A DNA stretch of 64,000 bases from an uncultured Acidimicrobiia bacterium. GTDB lineage: Bacteria; Actinomycetota; Acidimicrobiia; Spongiisociales; JAOTWH01. Numbering within the stretch: position 1 is the stretch's first letter; every line of letters starts with the position of its first letter. A program made the position numbers and the translations under genes. The stretch is taken from contig CAXMQS010000049.1 in assembly GCA_964195995.1 (NCBI GenBank), positions 407 through 64,406 of the forward strand. Reading direction: 5' to 3'. Shown here one piece after another: positions 44,557-54,255 of this stretch. The notes below the pieces were generated by a model, which worked only from the letters and a program-made list of their open reading frames with translations, had not been told where the DNA came from and did no database searches.

Positions 44557-45558
44557 ATGGTTGACACACTCGGGCGCCAACTACGCGACCTGCGCATCTC
44601 GGTCACCGACCGCTGCAACATGCGGTGTAGCTACTGCATGCCGCGCGCCATCTTCGACAAGGACTACGAGTTTCTGCCAAAGGATGATCTGCTGACCTTC
44701 GAGGAGATCTCGCGGCTGACGGGCCTCTTCGTGGCCGCCGGTGTCGCCAAGATTCGTCTGACGGGCGGCGAGCCGCTGCTGCGACGCAAAGTTACGGATC
44801 TCGTTGGCATGCTCCGTGGGGTTGCCCCAGACGCCGACATCGCGCTGACGACCAATGGCGTTCTGCTGCCGCGACTTGCCCCCTCCCTGGCCGCGGCCGG
44901 CCTCAATCGAGTTTCGATCAGTCTGGACGCCGTTGACGACGAAGTGTTCCGGAAGATGACCGATGCCGGCTTTGGGGTTGAAGCCGTGTTCGCCGGTATC
45001 GACGCCGCCGCAGTCGCCGGCCTGGGGCCGATCAAGACCAACGCGGTCATATTGCGAAGTGCCAACGACGCCGAGGTGGAGAAGCTGGCGGAAAGGTTCC
45101 GGGGAACGGGAGTCACCGTCCGTTTCATCGAGTACATGGACGTCGGCACCACGAACGGTTGGAAGCTCGACGACGTCGTTCCGGCCACCGAGATCATCAG
45201 CCGGATCAACGACCGCTGGCCTATCGAGCCCGTCGCGCCGGGCTATCTGGGGGAGGTTGCCGGCCGCTACCGCTACACGGACGGGGCCGGCGAGGTCGGC
45301 GTTATCTCCTCGGTGACTCAGCCATTCTGCGGCGATTGCAGCCGGGCGCGATTGTCTGCAGACGGCAAAGTGTTCACCTGCTTGTTCGCCGCCTCTGGCA
45401 CCGATCTAAGGGGGCCTCTTCGTAGCGGGGCCTCAGACGAGGAACTGGCAGCCCTCATCGACGATGTGTGGACCAAGAGAGACGACCAGTACAGCGAGCT
45501 GCGCTCCAAGGCGACTGCGAAAGTTCCACGAGTCGAGATGTCCTACATCGGCGGGTAG
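44557..45558 (+). CDS. moaA: GTP 3',8-cyclase MoaA (radical SAM)
   Basis: MVDTLGRQLRDLRISVTDRCNMRCSYCMP and the C-terminal CGDCSRARLSADG cluster. ATG 44557 preferred to ATG 44536 by N-terminal alignment logic. Neither start has an obvious SD. Confidence 0.92.
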   Translation: MVDTLGRQLRDLRISVTDRCNMRCSYCMPRAIFDKDYEFLPKDDLLTFEEISRLTGLFVAAGVAKIRLTGGEPLLRRKVTDLVGMLRGVAPDADIALTTNGVLLPRLAPSLAAAGLNRVSISLDAVDDEVFRKMTDAGFGVEAVFAGIDAAAVAGLGPIKTNAVILRSANDAEVEKLAERFRGTGVTVRFIEYMDVGTTNGWKLDDVVPATEIISRINDRWPIEPVAPGYLGEVAGRYRYTDGAGEVGVISSVTQPFCGDCSRARLSADGKVFTCLFAASGTDLRGPLRSGASDEELAALIDDVWTKRDDQYSELRSKATAKVPRVEMSYIGG

Positions 45559-45667
45559 CCCTGCTTGAGATAGGTTTCGCGGTCGTGTCACAGCGGTAAT
45601 CGCAGCAGTAGCCTTAGGAACTCGAAAGGCGCCGCGCTGGCGCCGGTCCCATCTAGGAGGAATACAA

Positions 45668-46966
45668 ATGAGGCGGCTAGGACGTCGATGGTCATGGGGG
45701 GCTCTATTTGCGGTCCTCCTTCTGATCGCAGCGGCATGCGGGGACACCGGGTCCACCGAAACAACTACGGGCGCTACGCAGGCCCCGGGTACGGAAGCCC
45801 CGAGCACGGAAGCCCCGAGCACTGAGGCCCCAACGACGGATGCGCCGCCACCAGCCGAGCCGGTCACGATCGGGATGATCCTGGTTGGACCGGAGAACGA
45901 CCGCGGTTGGTCGCAGGCCCACGCCGAAGCCGGCCAATACGTGGTCGACCTACTCGGCGGCGAGTTGATCATCATCGACAAGGTCAACCCGGCAGATCGG
46001 CCCGAGACGACGATCGAGGCCGTTGCAGCCGACATGATCGACCAGGGTGCGGACATCATCTTCGCCACCTCAGACGACATGAAGGACGGCATCGAGGCTG
46101 CCGCCGCCCAGTTCCCGGACACCCCGATGGTCTGGAGCTCCGGAGACAGCGCCTGGAGCGATGCCCCCGGCTACCGCCCCGACCTCGCCAACCTTGGAAA
46201 CACGATGGGACGCATGGAGTTCGGTAAAGCCATCGCCGGCTGTGCCGCAGCGCTGACCAGCCAGACCGGCTCGATCGGTTATGTCGGTCCGCTGATCAAC
46301 GACGAGACCCGTCGGCTGGTCAACTCGGCTTATCTCGGAGCCGACTACTGCTACGTCAACCACATGGGCGGCAGCCCGGGTGGTATCAACTTCGAGGTCA
46401 ACTGGATCGGTTTCTGGTTCAACATCCCAGGCTTCACCCTCGATCCGACGCAAGTCAGCAATGACTTCTTCGACGGCGGTGCCGACGTGCTCATCTCGGG
46501 TATCGACACCACGGAGGCCATCGTGCGAACCGGCCAGCGGGCCGCAGCCGGTGAAGCAGTCTGGGCAATCCCCTACGACTTCCGGGGTGCCTGCGACGAG
46601 GCGCCTGACGCATGTCTTGGCGTCCCCTACTTCAACTGGGGACCCGAGTATCTGGACATCGTCAGATCGGTCAATGACGGGACTTTCGAGGCCACCTGGA
46701 ACTGGTTCGGTCCCGACTGGGAGAACATCAACGATGTTCAGACCAGTGGCATCGGTTGGATCGATGGCCCAGGCCTCTCCACAGAGAACGCCCAGTGGCT
46801 CGCCCAGTTCATCGCTGGACTCGCCGACGGTTCGATCAACCTGTGGACAGGACCGCTCAACTACCAGGACGGATCGACGTGGCTCGCCGCCGGCGAAACC
46901 GCGACCGACGCACAACTCTGGTTCACTGAACAACTCCTCGATGGAGTCGACGGAGCCAGCAGCTAG
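45668..46966 (+). CDS. BMP-family (PnrA-like) nucleoside-binding ABC transporter lipoprotein
   Basis: ORF track 432 aa. AGGAGG SD. Lipobox LIAAACG, a Thr/Pro/Glu-rich linker, then IGMILVGPENDRGWSQAH typical of the Bmp family. Confidence 0.88.
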   Translation: MRRLGRRWSWGALFAVLLLIAAACGDTGSTETTTGATQAPGTEAPSTEAPSTEAPTTDAPPPAEPVTIGMILVGPENDRGWSQAHAEAGQYVVDLLGGELIIIDKVNPADRPETTIEAVAADMIDQGADIIFATSDDMKDGIEAAAAQFPDTPMVWSSGDSAWSDAPGYRPDLANLGNTMGRMEFGKAIAGCAAALTSQTGSIGYVGPLINDETRRLVNSAYLGADYCYVNHMGGSPGGINFEVNWIGFWFNIPGFTLDPTQVSNDFFDGGADVLISGIDTTEAIVRTGQRAAAGEAVWAIPYDFRGACDEAPDACLGVPYFNWGPEYLDIVRSVNDGTFEATWNWFGPDWENINDVQTSGIGWIDGPGLSTENAQWLAQFIAGLADGSINLWTGPLNYQDGSTWLAAGETATDAQLWFTEQLLDGVDGASS

Positions 46967-46984
46967 CGCGACTGACTGATTGCA

Positions 46985-47016
46985 GAGAAAGGAGAGGCTG
47001 CGGCCTCTCCTTTCTC
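46985..47016 (+). terminator. intercistronic perfect hairpin after the binding-protein gene
   Basis: GAGAAAGGAGAGGC-tgcg-GCCTCTCCTTTCTC, a 14-bp perfect stem 19 nt after the stop codon. No U-tract follows. Likely an mRNA-stabilising or attenuating element, as is common after ABC binding-protein genes. Confidence 0.5.
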
Positions 47017-47058
47017 GCGTCTGGCGACCCAGGGCGCCCGCCCATGCTCTAGGGTCAG

Positions 47059-48531
47059 GTGACCATGAGCCTGCTGCTCTCGGACATCCACAAGCGCTAC
47101 GGACCGGTACACGCCAACAACGGCATCACACTGGAGGTCGAGGCGGGGACGCTGCACGGCCTCCTCGGTGAGAACGGTGCCGGCAAATCGACGTTGATGA
47201 AGATCCTGTCCGGATTCCTTGAAGCTGACTCGGGCACCATCACGCTCGACGGCGAGCAACTCGCCATGCGATCACCCAAGGACGCCATCCGCGCCGGCAT
47301 CGGAATGCTTCACCAGGATCCGCTCGTGTTCCTGCCCCTATCGGTGGTCGACAACTTCCTCATGTCGAGTCCAGGGCGACTCAACCTCAATCGAAGCGAA
47401 GGCATAGCCGCCCTCAAGGAGGTGAGCGAACGCTTCGGATTTAGCTTCAACCCGGACGCGCCGGCGCGGACACTGACCGTCGGCGAACGCCAGCAACTCG
47501 AGATCGTGCGCCTGCTGTGGCTTGGCGCCAAGGTCCTCATCCTCGACGAGCCGACCACCGGCATATCCGAGATTCAGCGGGTTGAGCTGTTCAAGACGCT
47601 GAAGCAACTGGCAACCGAGGGCATGATCGTCATCTTCGTTTCCCACAAGCTGGAGGAGGTGGCCGAGCTGTGCGAGAAGGTCACAGTCATGCGCCAGGGG
47701 GAGGTGATCGGGGAAGCACAGCTGCCGACCCCTGCCGAAGATCTCGTCGCCATGATGTTCGGCCAGATAGTGGTGCAGACAGATCGACCCGACGTCGCCA
47801 TCGGAGAACCCAACCTGGTGCTCGATCGCGTAGCCGTGAAGGATCGGAAGCTGGCCATGGAGGAGTTGTCCGAATCGGTGGCGGCAGGCGAGGTGATCGG
47901 CCTGGCCGGCCTGGCCGGCAGCGGTCAGCGATTGTTCCTCGCCGCTTGTGCCGGCCTCAATGCTCCGACATCGGGATCGGTGGTGCTGGCCGGCAGCGAT
48001 CTGACGGGCCGCGGCTACCGGGAGTTCCTCGAGGCCGGCGTCCACTACTTACCGGCCGGGCGGCTCGAGGAGGGCCTCGTCGCCGGTCTCACTATCAGCG
48101 AGCACCTCGTGCTGGCCGGCGCCAATGATTCGTTTTTCATCGACTGGGATAGCGCCAAGTCCAACGCTCAAGAGAAGATCGATCACTTCTCCATCAAAGG
48201 ATTCCACGACAGCACCGCCGAGTCTCTTTCTGGTGGCAACCAACAGCGGCTGCTGCTGTCGATGATGGAGCCCGGCCTGCAACTGCTGCTCATGGAGCAC
48301 CCGACACGAGGACTCGATATCGAGTCGGCCGACTGGGTGTGGACCCAGCTGCTGGCCCGTCGTGATACAGGCACCTCGATCATCTTCTCCTCAGCCGACC
48401 TCGACGAGCTCCTTCGTTACAGCGACCGCATCATGGTGTTCTTCAATGGCAGGGTTCTGCGAACCGTCGACGCGGCTACGACGACGGGTGAACAGCTCGG
48501 CTACCTGATTGGCGGCAAGGACGACCAATGA
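47059..48531 (+). CDS. nucleoside/sugar-type ABC transporter ATP-binding protein (duplicated ATPase)
   Basis: ORF track 490 aa. First-half motifs GENGAGKST, LTVGERQQLEI and ILDEPT. The second ABC half is degenerate. Confidence 0.9.
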   Translation: MTMSLLLSDIHKRYGPVHANNGITLEVEAGTLHGLLGENGAGKSTLMKILSGFLEADSGTITLDGEQLAMRSPKDAIRAGIGMLHQDPLVFLPLSVVDNFLMSSPGRLNLNRSEGIAALKEVSERFGFSFNPDAPARTLTVGERQQLEIVRLLWLGAKVLILDEPTTGISEIQRVELFKTLKQLATEGMIVIFVSHKLEEVAELCEKVTVMRQGEVIGEAQLPTPAEDLVAMMFGQIVVQTDRPDVAIGEPNLVLDRVAVKDRKLAMEELSESVAAGEVIGLAGLAGSGQRLFLAACAGLNAPTSGSVVLAGSDLTGRGYREFLEAGVHYLPAGRLEEGLVAGLTISEHLVLAGANDSFFIDWDSAKSNAQEKIDHFSIKGFHDSTAESLSGGNQQRLLLSMMEPGLQLLLMEHPTRGLDIESADWVWTQLLARRDTGTSIIFSSADLDELLRYSDRIMVFFNGRVLRTVDAATTTGEQLGYLIGGKDDQ

Positions 48532-49589
48532 CCACGTCAACGCAATCGAGGATGTTCCGATGGAGTGGCATCGCGGTCCCGCTCGTGTTGGCGATCATCG
48601 TCTCCGTCATCTTGCTGGCGCTGGCAGGAGCGCCCCCCATCGAGGCGTTCCAACTCATCTGGGAAGGAGCCTTCGGCAACTCAACCAAGATCGGTGACAC
48701 CCTGATGGCCTGGGTGCCTGTGGTGCTCGCCTCCGCTGGCCTCATCGTGACGTTCAACGCCGGGCTGTGGAACATCGGCATCGACGGCCAGATAATTGCC
48801 GGCGGCATCGCGGCCTCGTGGGTGGCGCGTGAAATGGGGGGGCCAACGGCCCTCATCGTGACCGTCGCGATCATCGCCGGGATGATCGGGGGCATGCTGT
48901 GGGCGCTACTCGCCGGTGTGCTGAAGGTGAAGGGCAAGGTCAACGAGATATTCGGCGGCCTTGGCCTCTTCTTCGTGGCATCTTCGATCGCCATCTACCT
49001 GATCATCGGTCCGTGGAAGCGGGCCGGCATCGCCTCGACAAGCGGTACCGACCTGTTCCCAGAGAAGGCGTGGCTACCGACGCTCTCCAATAGCCGACTG
49101 TCCCTCGTGGCGATAGCACTCGCAATTGCTGGCGTTGGCCTGGTTTACATCCTGATGCGAGGGACTCGATTCGGCCTGCGCCTCAAGGCGGTTGGACGGA
49201 ACCCCCAGAGCGCCTTCCTGCTCGGCATCCCCACCAATCGCTACATGCTCGGGGCTTTCGCCCTCTGCGGTGTCCTGGCCGGAGCCGGCGGGGCAGTCCA
49301 GGCGATCGGATTCCACCACAAGCTGATCCCCGCCATCTCCGGCGGCTATGGCTTCCTGGCGATCTTGGTGGTGCTGCTCGTTGCCAACCGGGCTGCGTGG
49401 ATCGCGCCGGTCGCCCTGTTCTTCATCGCACTCTCCGTCGGATCAACAACCCTGACGCTGCGCCTCGATGTCGACTCTGCGATCGGTGGAGTTGTTCAAG
49501 GCATCCTCGTTCTCTTCGTTGTCCTTGGAGGCGGCTGGCAGGCGTGGCGGGTGCGACGCCGTGAGGCTGCGGAGGCCGAGGCCACATGA
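48528..49589 (+). CDS. ABC transporter permease (BPD_transp_2 family)
   Basis: ORF track 353 aa, about 9 TM. ATGA overlap with the upstream stop. Confidence 0.88.
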   Translation: MTTSTQSRMFRWSGIAVPLVLAIIVSVILLALAGAPPIEAFQLIWEGAFGNSTKIGDTLMAWVPVVLASAGLIVTFNAGLWNIGIDGQIIAGGIAASWVAREMGGPTALIVTVAIIAGMIGGMLWALLAGVLKVKGKVNEIFGGLGLFFVASSIAIYLIIGPWKRAGIASTSGTDLFPEKAWLPTLSNSRLSLVAIALAIAGVGLVYILMRGTRFGLRLKAVGRNPQSAFLLGIPTNRYMLGAFALCGVLAGAGGAVQAIGFHHKLIPAISGGYGFLAILVVLLVANRAAWIAPVALFFIALSVGSTTLTLRLDVDSAIGGVVQGILVLFVVLGGGWQAWRVRRREAAEAEAT

Positions 49590-50572
49590 TCATCGCCACC
49601 GGCGTCCTCGAGGCTTTGCGCGAGGTATTTACCGTTGCCGCCCTCGCCTCGGTGGTGGCCGCTGCCACTCCGCTGGTCTTCGCAACCATCGGAGAGACGA
49701 TCAGCGAGCGATCTGGGGTCATCAACCTGTCGCTCGAGGGGTCGATCATGTTGTCGGCGATGGCCGGCTTCGCCGTCGCCTTCACTACCGACAGCGCCCT
49801 CGTCGGCTTCCTGGCAGCGGCCGCGGTTGGTGCGGCCATCGCCCTGCTCATTGCGTTTGCCAGCATCGAGTTGCGCCTCGATCAGATCGCCGTCGGATTC
49901 GTGATGACGCTGCTGGCCATCGACCTCTCCGACTTCCTTGGTAACTCGTATGTCGGCATCGCTGGGCCCCAGGTTCCGGCGTGGGACATCCCGGGCCTGA
50001 AGAGCATTCCGTTCTTCGGCGAGGTGTTCTTCCAGCACAACATCTCGGTCTACGCCTCTTACCTGGTCATCATCGCGGCCACCTGGTTCATCTTCCGCAC
50101 CCGCAAGGGGCTGGAGCTCCAGGGCATCGGCGAGCGGCCCGAGGGCGCCTTCTCGCGCGGAGTCCCCGTGAACAGAATGCGCTACGTCTACGTCCTCATC
50201 GGTGGTGCTCTCGTGGGCATCGCAGGCGCAGCCTTCTCTCTCGACCAGATCGCAGGTTGGCGGGACAACCTCACACGCAACTTTGGCTGGATCGCCCTTG
50301 CCATCGTCATCTTCGGAGGCTGGCATCCGGTGCGAGTCGCCATGGGCGCCTACTTGTTCGGTCTCCTGCAAGTCGTGGCGTTGAAGCTGCAGCCGGTATT
50401 CCCCGACTTCAGCCAGGTGCTGCCTTCGGTCCCGTTCCCCCTCATGATCTTCGCCCTTGTGGTCGTGTATTCGGCCTGGTTCCGCCGCTTCGGGGACGAG
50501 CACCCTCGATGGCGCAACCTCCTCGCCGCCGATCCGCCATCAGGCATCGGCGTGGCGTTCCACCGGGAGTAG
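49586..50572 (+). CDS. ABC transporter permease (BPD_transp_2 family)
   Basis: ORF track 328 aa, multi-TM. ATGA overlap with the upstream stop. Confidence 0.88.
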   Translation: MIIATGVLEALREVFTVAALASVVAAATPLVFATIGETISERSGVINLSLEGSIMLSAMAGFAVAFTTDSALVGFLAAAAVGAAIALLIAFASIELRLDQIAVGFVMTLLAIDLSDFLGNSYVGIAGPQVPAWDIPGLKSIPFFGEVFFQHNISVYASYLVIIAATWFIFRTRKGLELQGIGERPEGAFSRGVPVNRMRYVYVLIGGALVGIAGAAFSLDQIAGWRDNLTRNFGWIALAIVIFGGWHPVRVAMGAYLFGLLQVVALKLQPVFPDFSQVLPSVPFPLMIFALVVVYSAWFRRFGDEHPRWRNLLAADPPSGIGVAFHRE

Positions 50573-50579
50573 GCGGCAG

Positions 50580-51587
50580 CTAGCTGTCCGCCACGAAGCG
50601 GTTGAGCTCGTCAATGAGCTCGGCGCGCCGCTCATCAGAGACGAAGCTGGCCTCGATCGAGTTGCGGGCCATCTGGATGAGGTGCTCCTCACTCAGGTCG
50701 AGGGCCTCGGCGGTGGCTACGTAGTTGTCGCCGATGTAACCGCCGAAGTAGGCAGGGTCGTCGGAGTTGATCGTGACCCGCACCCCTGCCTCGAGAAGGC
50801 GCTTCAGGTTGTGATCCGCCAGCTTGTCGAATACCCGGAGCTTGACGTTCGACAGTGGGCACATGGTGAGCGGAACGCCATCGGCGGCCAACCGGGCGAC
50901 CAGCGCTGGATCGTCTTCAGAGCGAACGCCGTGATCGATGCGCTCAGCTCCAAGCGTGTCGAGCGCACCAGTGATGAAGTCGGGCCCTGCTTCCTCTCCG
51001 GCGTGCGCAGTGATCCGCCATCCTTCGGCGCGAGCCCTGGCAAACACCTCCTCGAATTTCTCGGGCGGGTTGCCGATCTCGGACGAGTCGAGTCCGACGC
51101 CGATGAGGGCCTCCCGATAGGGCAGGGCTGCCTCGAGAGTCGCCATGGCGTCGGAGGCGTCGAGGTGGCGTAGGAAGCACATGATCAGCTCGGTCGACAT
51201 CCCAAGCCGTTCCTCGGCATCGGCACGCGCCGTTGCGAAACCGGCCATGAAGGTGGGGAACTGGACGCCGCGGCCGGTGTGGGTCTGCGGATCGAAGAAC
51301 ATCTCTGTGTGGCGCACCCCGTCGGCGCTGGCGCGCTCCAGGTAGGCCGTCATCAGCTCGGCGAAGTCGCCCTCCGTCTGCAAGACCTCGGCGCCCTGGT
51401 AGAAGATGTCGAGGAAGTCTTGGAGGTTGTCGAACTGGTAGGCGGCGCGCGCCTCATCTACGGTGTCGAACGGGAGCGAGACTCCGTTGCGCTCGGCGAG
51501 CGCCACCATCATTTCGGGTTCCAGAGTCCCCTCGACGTGAAGGTGGATCTCTGCCTTGGGAAGCCCTCTTGCGAACGCATCTATCAT
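50580..51587 (-). CDS. add: adenosine deaminase
   Basis: ORF track 335 aa. LPKAEIHLHVEGTLEP, ITAHAGE and INSDDPAYFG motifs. Confidence 0.93.
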   Translation of the reverse strand: MIDAFARGLPKAEIHLHVEGTLEPEMMVALAERNGVSLPFDTVDEARAAYQFDNLQDFLDIFYQGAEVLQTEGDFAELMTAYLERASADGVRHTEMFFDPQTHTGRGVQFPTFMAGFATARADAEERLGMSTELIMCFLRHLDASDAMATLEAALPYREALIGVGLDSSEIGNPPEKFEEVFARARAEGWRITAHAGEEAGPDFITGALDTLGAERIDHGVRSEDDPALVARLAADGVPLTMCPLSNVKLRVFDKLADHNLKRLLEAGVRVTINSDDPAYFGGYIGDNYVATAEALDLSEEHLIQMARNSIEASFVSDERRAELIDELNRFVADS

Positions 51588-51623
51588 CGTTCAAGGCATT
51601 CAAGCACGCCGCGCCCCGCTGCC

Positions 51624-52214
51624 CTACTTTGGCTCGAACCCCAGCTGTTGACATGCCAGGACGTAGTCGTCGCGCGTGTTGACATCTATGGGTTTCGGGT
51701 GATTGATGTCGACGAACAGCACCTCGTCGTCAGGAGCAGATTCAAGTAGCGGCCACAACACCTTGTCGCCCTTGCGGTCCGCCAAGCTCGCTGCCAGGAA
51801 CGGCGACAGGATGAGCGGATGACCGAGACTGTCGTGATAACGGGCAACGGCCGCCCACCGCGGGTCGGCTCGCCACGGCACCAACAGGTTCTCGATCGTT
51901 GCCGTCGACACACCTGGCATGTCTCCCAGCAGCACCATCACCGCAACGGCTCCCGCGGCCTTGGCGCCGGCGACCAACGAGCTGACACTCCCCTTGCTCG
52001 GCTGTTCGTTGACCGTCAGCCGAGAACGGCCATGCGGCGGCGGGACATCATCGGGACTCGTGACGACGACAACCTCGTCCAGTGACGAGGCCTCCGCCTG
52101 CCGCACCGCCCACCCGAGCATGGTGGTATCTCCAAAGGGCAACTGCTGTTTGCGCCCGCCCATGCGAGTCGAATCCCCCGCTCCGAGAACGATGCCAGTC
52201 ACATGATCGATCAT
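51624..52214 (-). CDS. mocA: molybdenum cofactor cytidylyltransferase-like nucleotidyltransferase (MocA-like)
   Basis: ORF track 196 aa. GIVLGAGDSTRMGGRKQQLPF is an NTP_transf_3 N-terminus. ATGA overlap with the xdhC stop. Sits next to an XDH-family enzyme. Confidence 0.75.
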   Translation of the reverse strand: MIDHVTGIVLGAGDSTRMGGRKQQLPFGDTTMLGWAVRQAEASSLDEVVVVTSPDDVPPPHGRSRLTVNEQPSKGSVSSLVAGAKAAGAVAVMVLLGDMPGVSTATIENLLVPWRADPRWAAVARYHDSLGHPLILSPFLAASLADRKGDKVLWPLLESAPDDEVLFVDINHPKPIDVNTRDDYVLACQQLGFEPK

Positions 52215-53266
52215 CGGTCGCGCAGCGGCCCGCCGCTTCGGCCCTTGTCGACGGCCAGCATCTCCGCCATCACGCTCCAGGCGATCTCCAGCGGTCCGTC
52301 TGCACCGATGTCGAGACCGGCAGGCCCGTGGATCTTGGAGTGATCGGCTTCCGACGCCGTCGCACCTTGCTCAGCGGCGTACTTGAGCAGCTGGGCGGCA
52401 CGCTCCGCCGGCCCCAGCAGTCCGAGGTAGGCAACGTCGGTCCCAAGGAGAGAGGCCAGAGCGTCTCCGTCCCGCAGGAAGTTGTGGTTCATCAGCATGG
52501 CAAACGTTCGCCCGTCGATCGCGAGCACGTCCGTCAGCTCGGCAGGTTCGGCTGTCACCAGCAGCTGCGCCTGGGGGAATCGATCGGTCGTCAGCAGGCG
52601 CGGTCTCGGATCGACGACGACGGTGCTCCACCCGAGGCTGGCTGCCACCTCGACCAGTGGCCGAGCGTCGTTGTTGGCTCCGACGACGACGAGCCGATTC
52701 GGCGGCGAGACCAACTCCACGAAGGCCCTAGTGCCGTCAAGGTCGGCAGGGCCAGTGCTGCCACTACTGATGGCGGCGTCGACTGCCGCGACCGCAGCAA
52801 TGTCGAGATCGCCGAGCGAACCCGACTGTTCGCCGGAGCTGATCATCATCCTCGCCCCCAGGTCCCCCTCGAGGAGAGTGACGATGCCGATGTTGGTGTC
52901 GGCGGCGATGGCAGCAGCCATAGCTCTGGTCAGGGCGATGGCAGATTCGGCCGGCTCGAACAGCACCTCGGTGACACCGCTGCAACCAAGGCCCCAGCCC
53001 CACACCAGATCGTCGTCCTTGGTGAGGTCGTACGTCTCCAGGCGCGGAGTGCCACCGGCCATGACCTCGGCTGCGGTGGCTCGCACCTGTGAGTCGAGGC
53101 ACCCCCCACTAACGGTTCCGACGCTCGAACTCTCGCTGACGAGCTGATGGGCCCCAGGAGATCGGTAGGTGCTGCCGCTGGTCGCCACGACCGTGGCCAG
53201 AGCGAAGGATTCGCGGGAACCCTCCAGGGCCCGGGCGGCGTCCAAGACATCGAGTAACTCCCGCAT
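52211..53266 (-). CDS. xdhC: XdhC/CoxI-family molybdoenzyme maturation factor
   Basis: Start is ATG 53266 (MRELLDVLDAARALEGSRESFALATVVATSGSTYRSPGA...). XdhC N-terminal domain plus a Rossmann-like C-terminal domain. The 519-aa track ORF's Gly/Val/Pro-rich extension is antisense to the lipoprotein gene. Confidence 0.85.
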   Translation of the reverse strand: MRELLDVLDAARALEGSRESFALATVVATSGSTYRSPGAHQLVSESSSVGTVSGGCLDSQVRATAAEVMAGGTPRLETYDLTKDDDLVWGWGLGCSGVTEVLFEPAESAIALTRAMAAAIAADTNIGIVTLLEGDLGARMMISSGEQSGSLGDLDIAAVAAVDAAISSGSTGPADLDGTRAFVELVSPPNRLVVVGANNDARPLVEVAASLGWSTVVVDPRPRLLTTDRFPQAQLLVTAEPAELTDVLAIDGRTFAMLMNHNFLRDGDALASLLGTDVAYLGLLGPAERAAQLLKYAAEQGATASEADHSKIHGPAGLDIGADGPLEIAWSVMAEMLAVDKGRSGGPLRDR

Positions 53267-53381
53267 GATGCGATGGTAGAGGGGCAGTAGCTGGCTGCGG
53301 GTAAGGTCAAACGACCCTCCCCCGGCTCGGAGACAAGGGAGAAACTGGGGAGGCCCAATGAGTTTGAAAGAGGGAGATCCC

Positions 53382-54188
53382 ATGATCCGAATGTTCGCCA
53401 TCTCGTGTGCCCTTGTCCTCGTAGCTGCGGCCTGCGGGGACGCTGCAACTACCGACACCACGGGTACCACGGCCGCGCCCGGAACGACGGTGGCCACAAC
53501 CACACCGCCGACGACCCAGCCGCCGCCGACCACATCGCCACCTCCCACGACGGCGCCTACCACCACTACTGAGCCGGCGACGACGACCACGACCGGGCCG
53601 ATCGGAGAAGCCTTCGACTTCTGGGTGCCGACGCCGGCCGAAGGACCCATCGTCGGAGTTGTCGGCGTCCAGTACGACGACACGCTCAATGTGCGCTCCG
53701 GGCCCAACATCACCCACGGCGTGATCGCCACGCTCGACCCGACGCTGATGGGCATAAGCGGCACCGGCAATGGTTGGCAGCTGCCATCTGGAACCGTGTG
53801 GTGGGAGATCGAGGTCGGAGGAGCGGTCGGCTGGGCGAATCAGAGGTTCCTATCGCGCCTCGCCGGCGTGGATGACATCACCTCTCTGGTTGTCGCCAAC
53901 CTCGGCGAGATTCCCTTGGCCGAGACCATGCTCGAACTTGGCACCACCGTTGCCAATTCAGTGGCGTCGACCGATGTCGAGTCCGGCATCGTCGTAGTCG
54001 TCGCCCCTACGGTTGGCGACCTCGGCGAGATCACCATCGACGTGCTCGGCCTGGCCGACGACAGCCAAGAGGGATGGCGCCTTCACATCTTCGGTCAGCC
54101 GACCGAGAGCGGCGAGGGCTTCTCGCTGATGGCCGTCGAAGCCACCATCCTCTGCCAGCGCGGCGTTAGCGGCGAGATCTGCGTCTGA
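53382..54188 (+). CDS. hypothetical lipoprotein with Thr/Pro-rich linker and SH3b-like domain
   Basis: ATG 53382 (GGGAG 5 nt upstream). MIRMFAISCALVLVAAACG carries a lipobox. LNVRSGPNITHGVIATL...WWEIEVGGAVGWANQRFL is SH3b-like. Confidence 0.6.
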   Translation: MIRMFAISCALVLVAAACGDAATTDTTGTTAAPGTTVATTTPPTTQPPPTTSPPPTTAPTTTTEPATTTTTGPIGEAFDFWVPTPAEGPIVGVVGVQYDDTLNVRSGPNITHGVIATLDPTLMGISGTGNGWQLPSGTVWWEIEVGGAVGWANQRFLSRLAGVDDITSLVVANLGEIPLAETMLELGTTVANSVASTDVESGIVVVVAPTVGDLGEITIDVLGLADDSQEGWRLHIFGQPTESGEGFSLMAVEATILCQRGVSGEICV

Positions 54189-54255
54189 CGCCCAGCCACC
54201 AGCTGGAATCCGTTCTCCCCCAACGCTCGCTCGGCTCACTGGAATGAGATAACCC

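Noticed and set aside
45740-45850. Short tandem nucleotide repeats (ACGGAAGCCCCGAGC twice) in the BMP lipoprotein gene. Similar Thr/Pro tracts occur at 53440-53600.
   Set aside because: They encode Thr/Pro/Glu/Ala-rich linkers between the lipobox and the folded domain (TEAPSTEAPSTEAP). These are ordinary low-complexity linkers, not independent elements.
53267-53770. The 519-aa version of XdhC, and ORFs 52930..53448(-) and 53307..53717(-).
   Set aside because: The extension is Gly/Val/Pro-rich and is antisense to a lipoprotein gene that has a good SD, a lipobox and an SH3b-like domain. XdhC homology starts at MRELLDVL.
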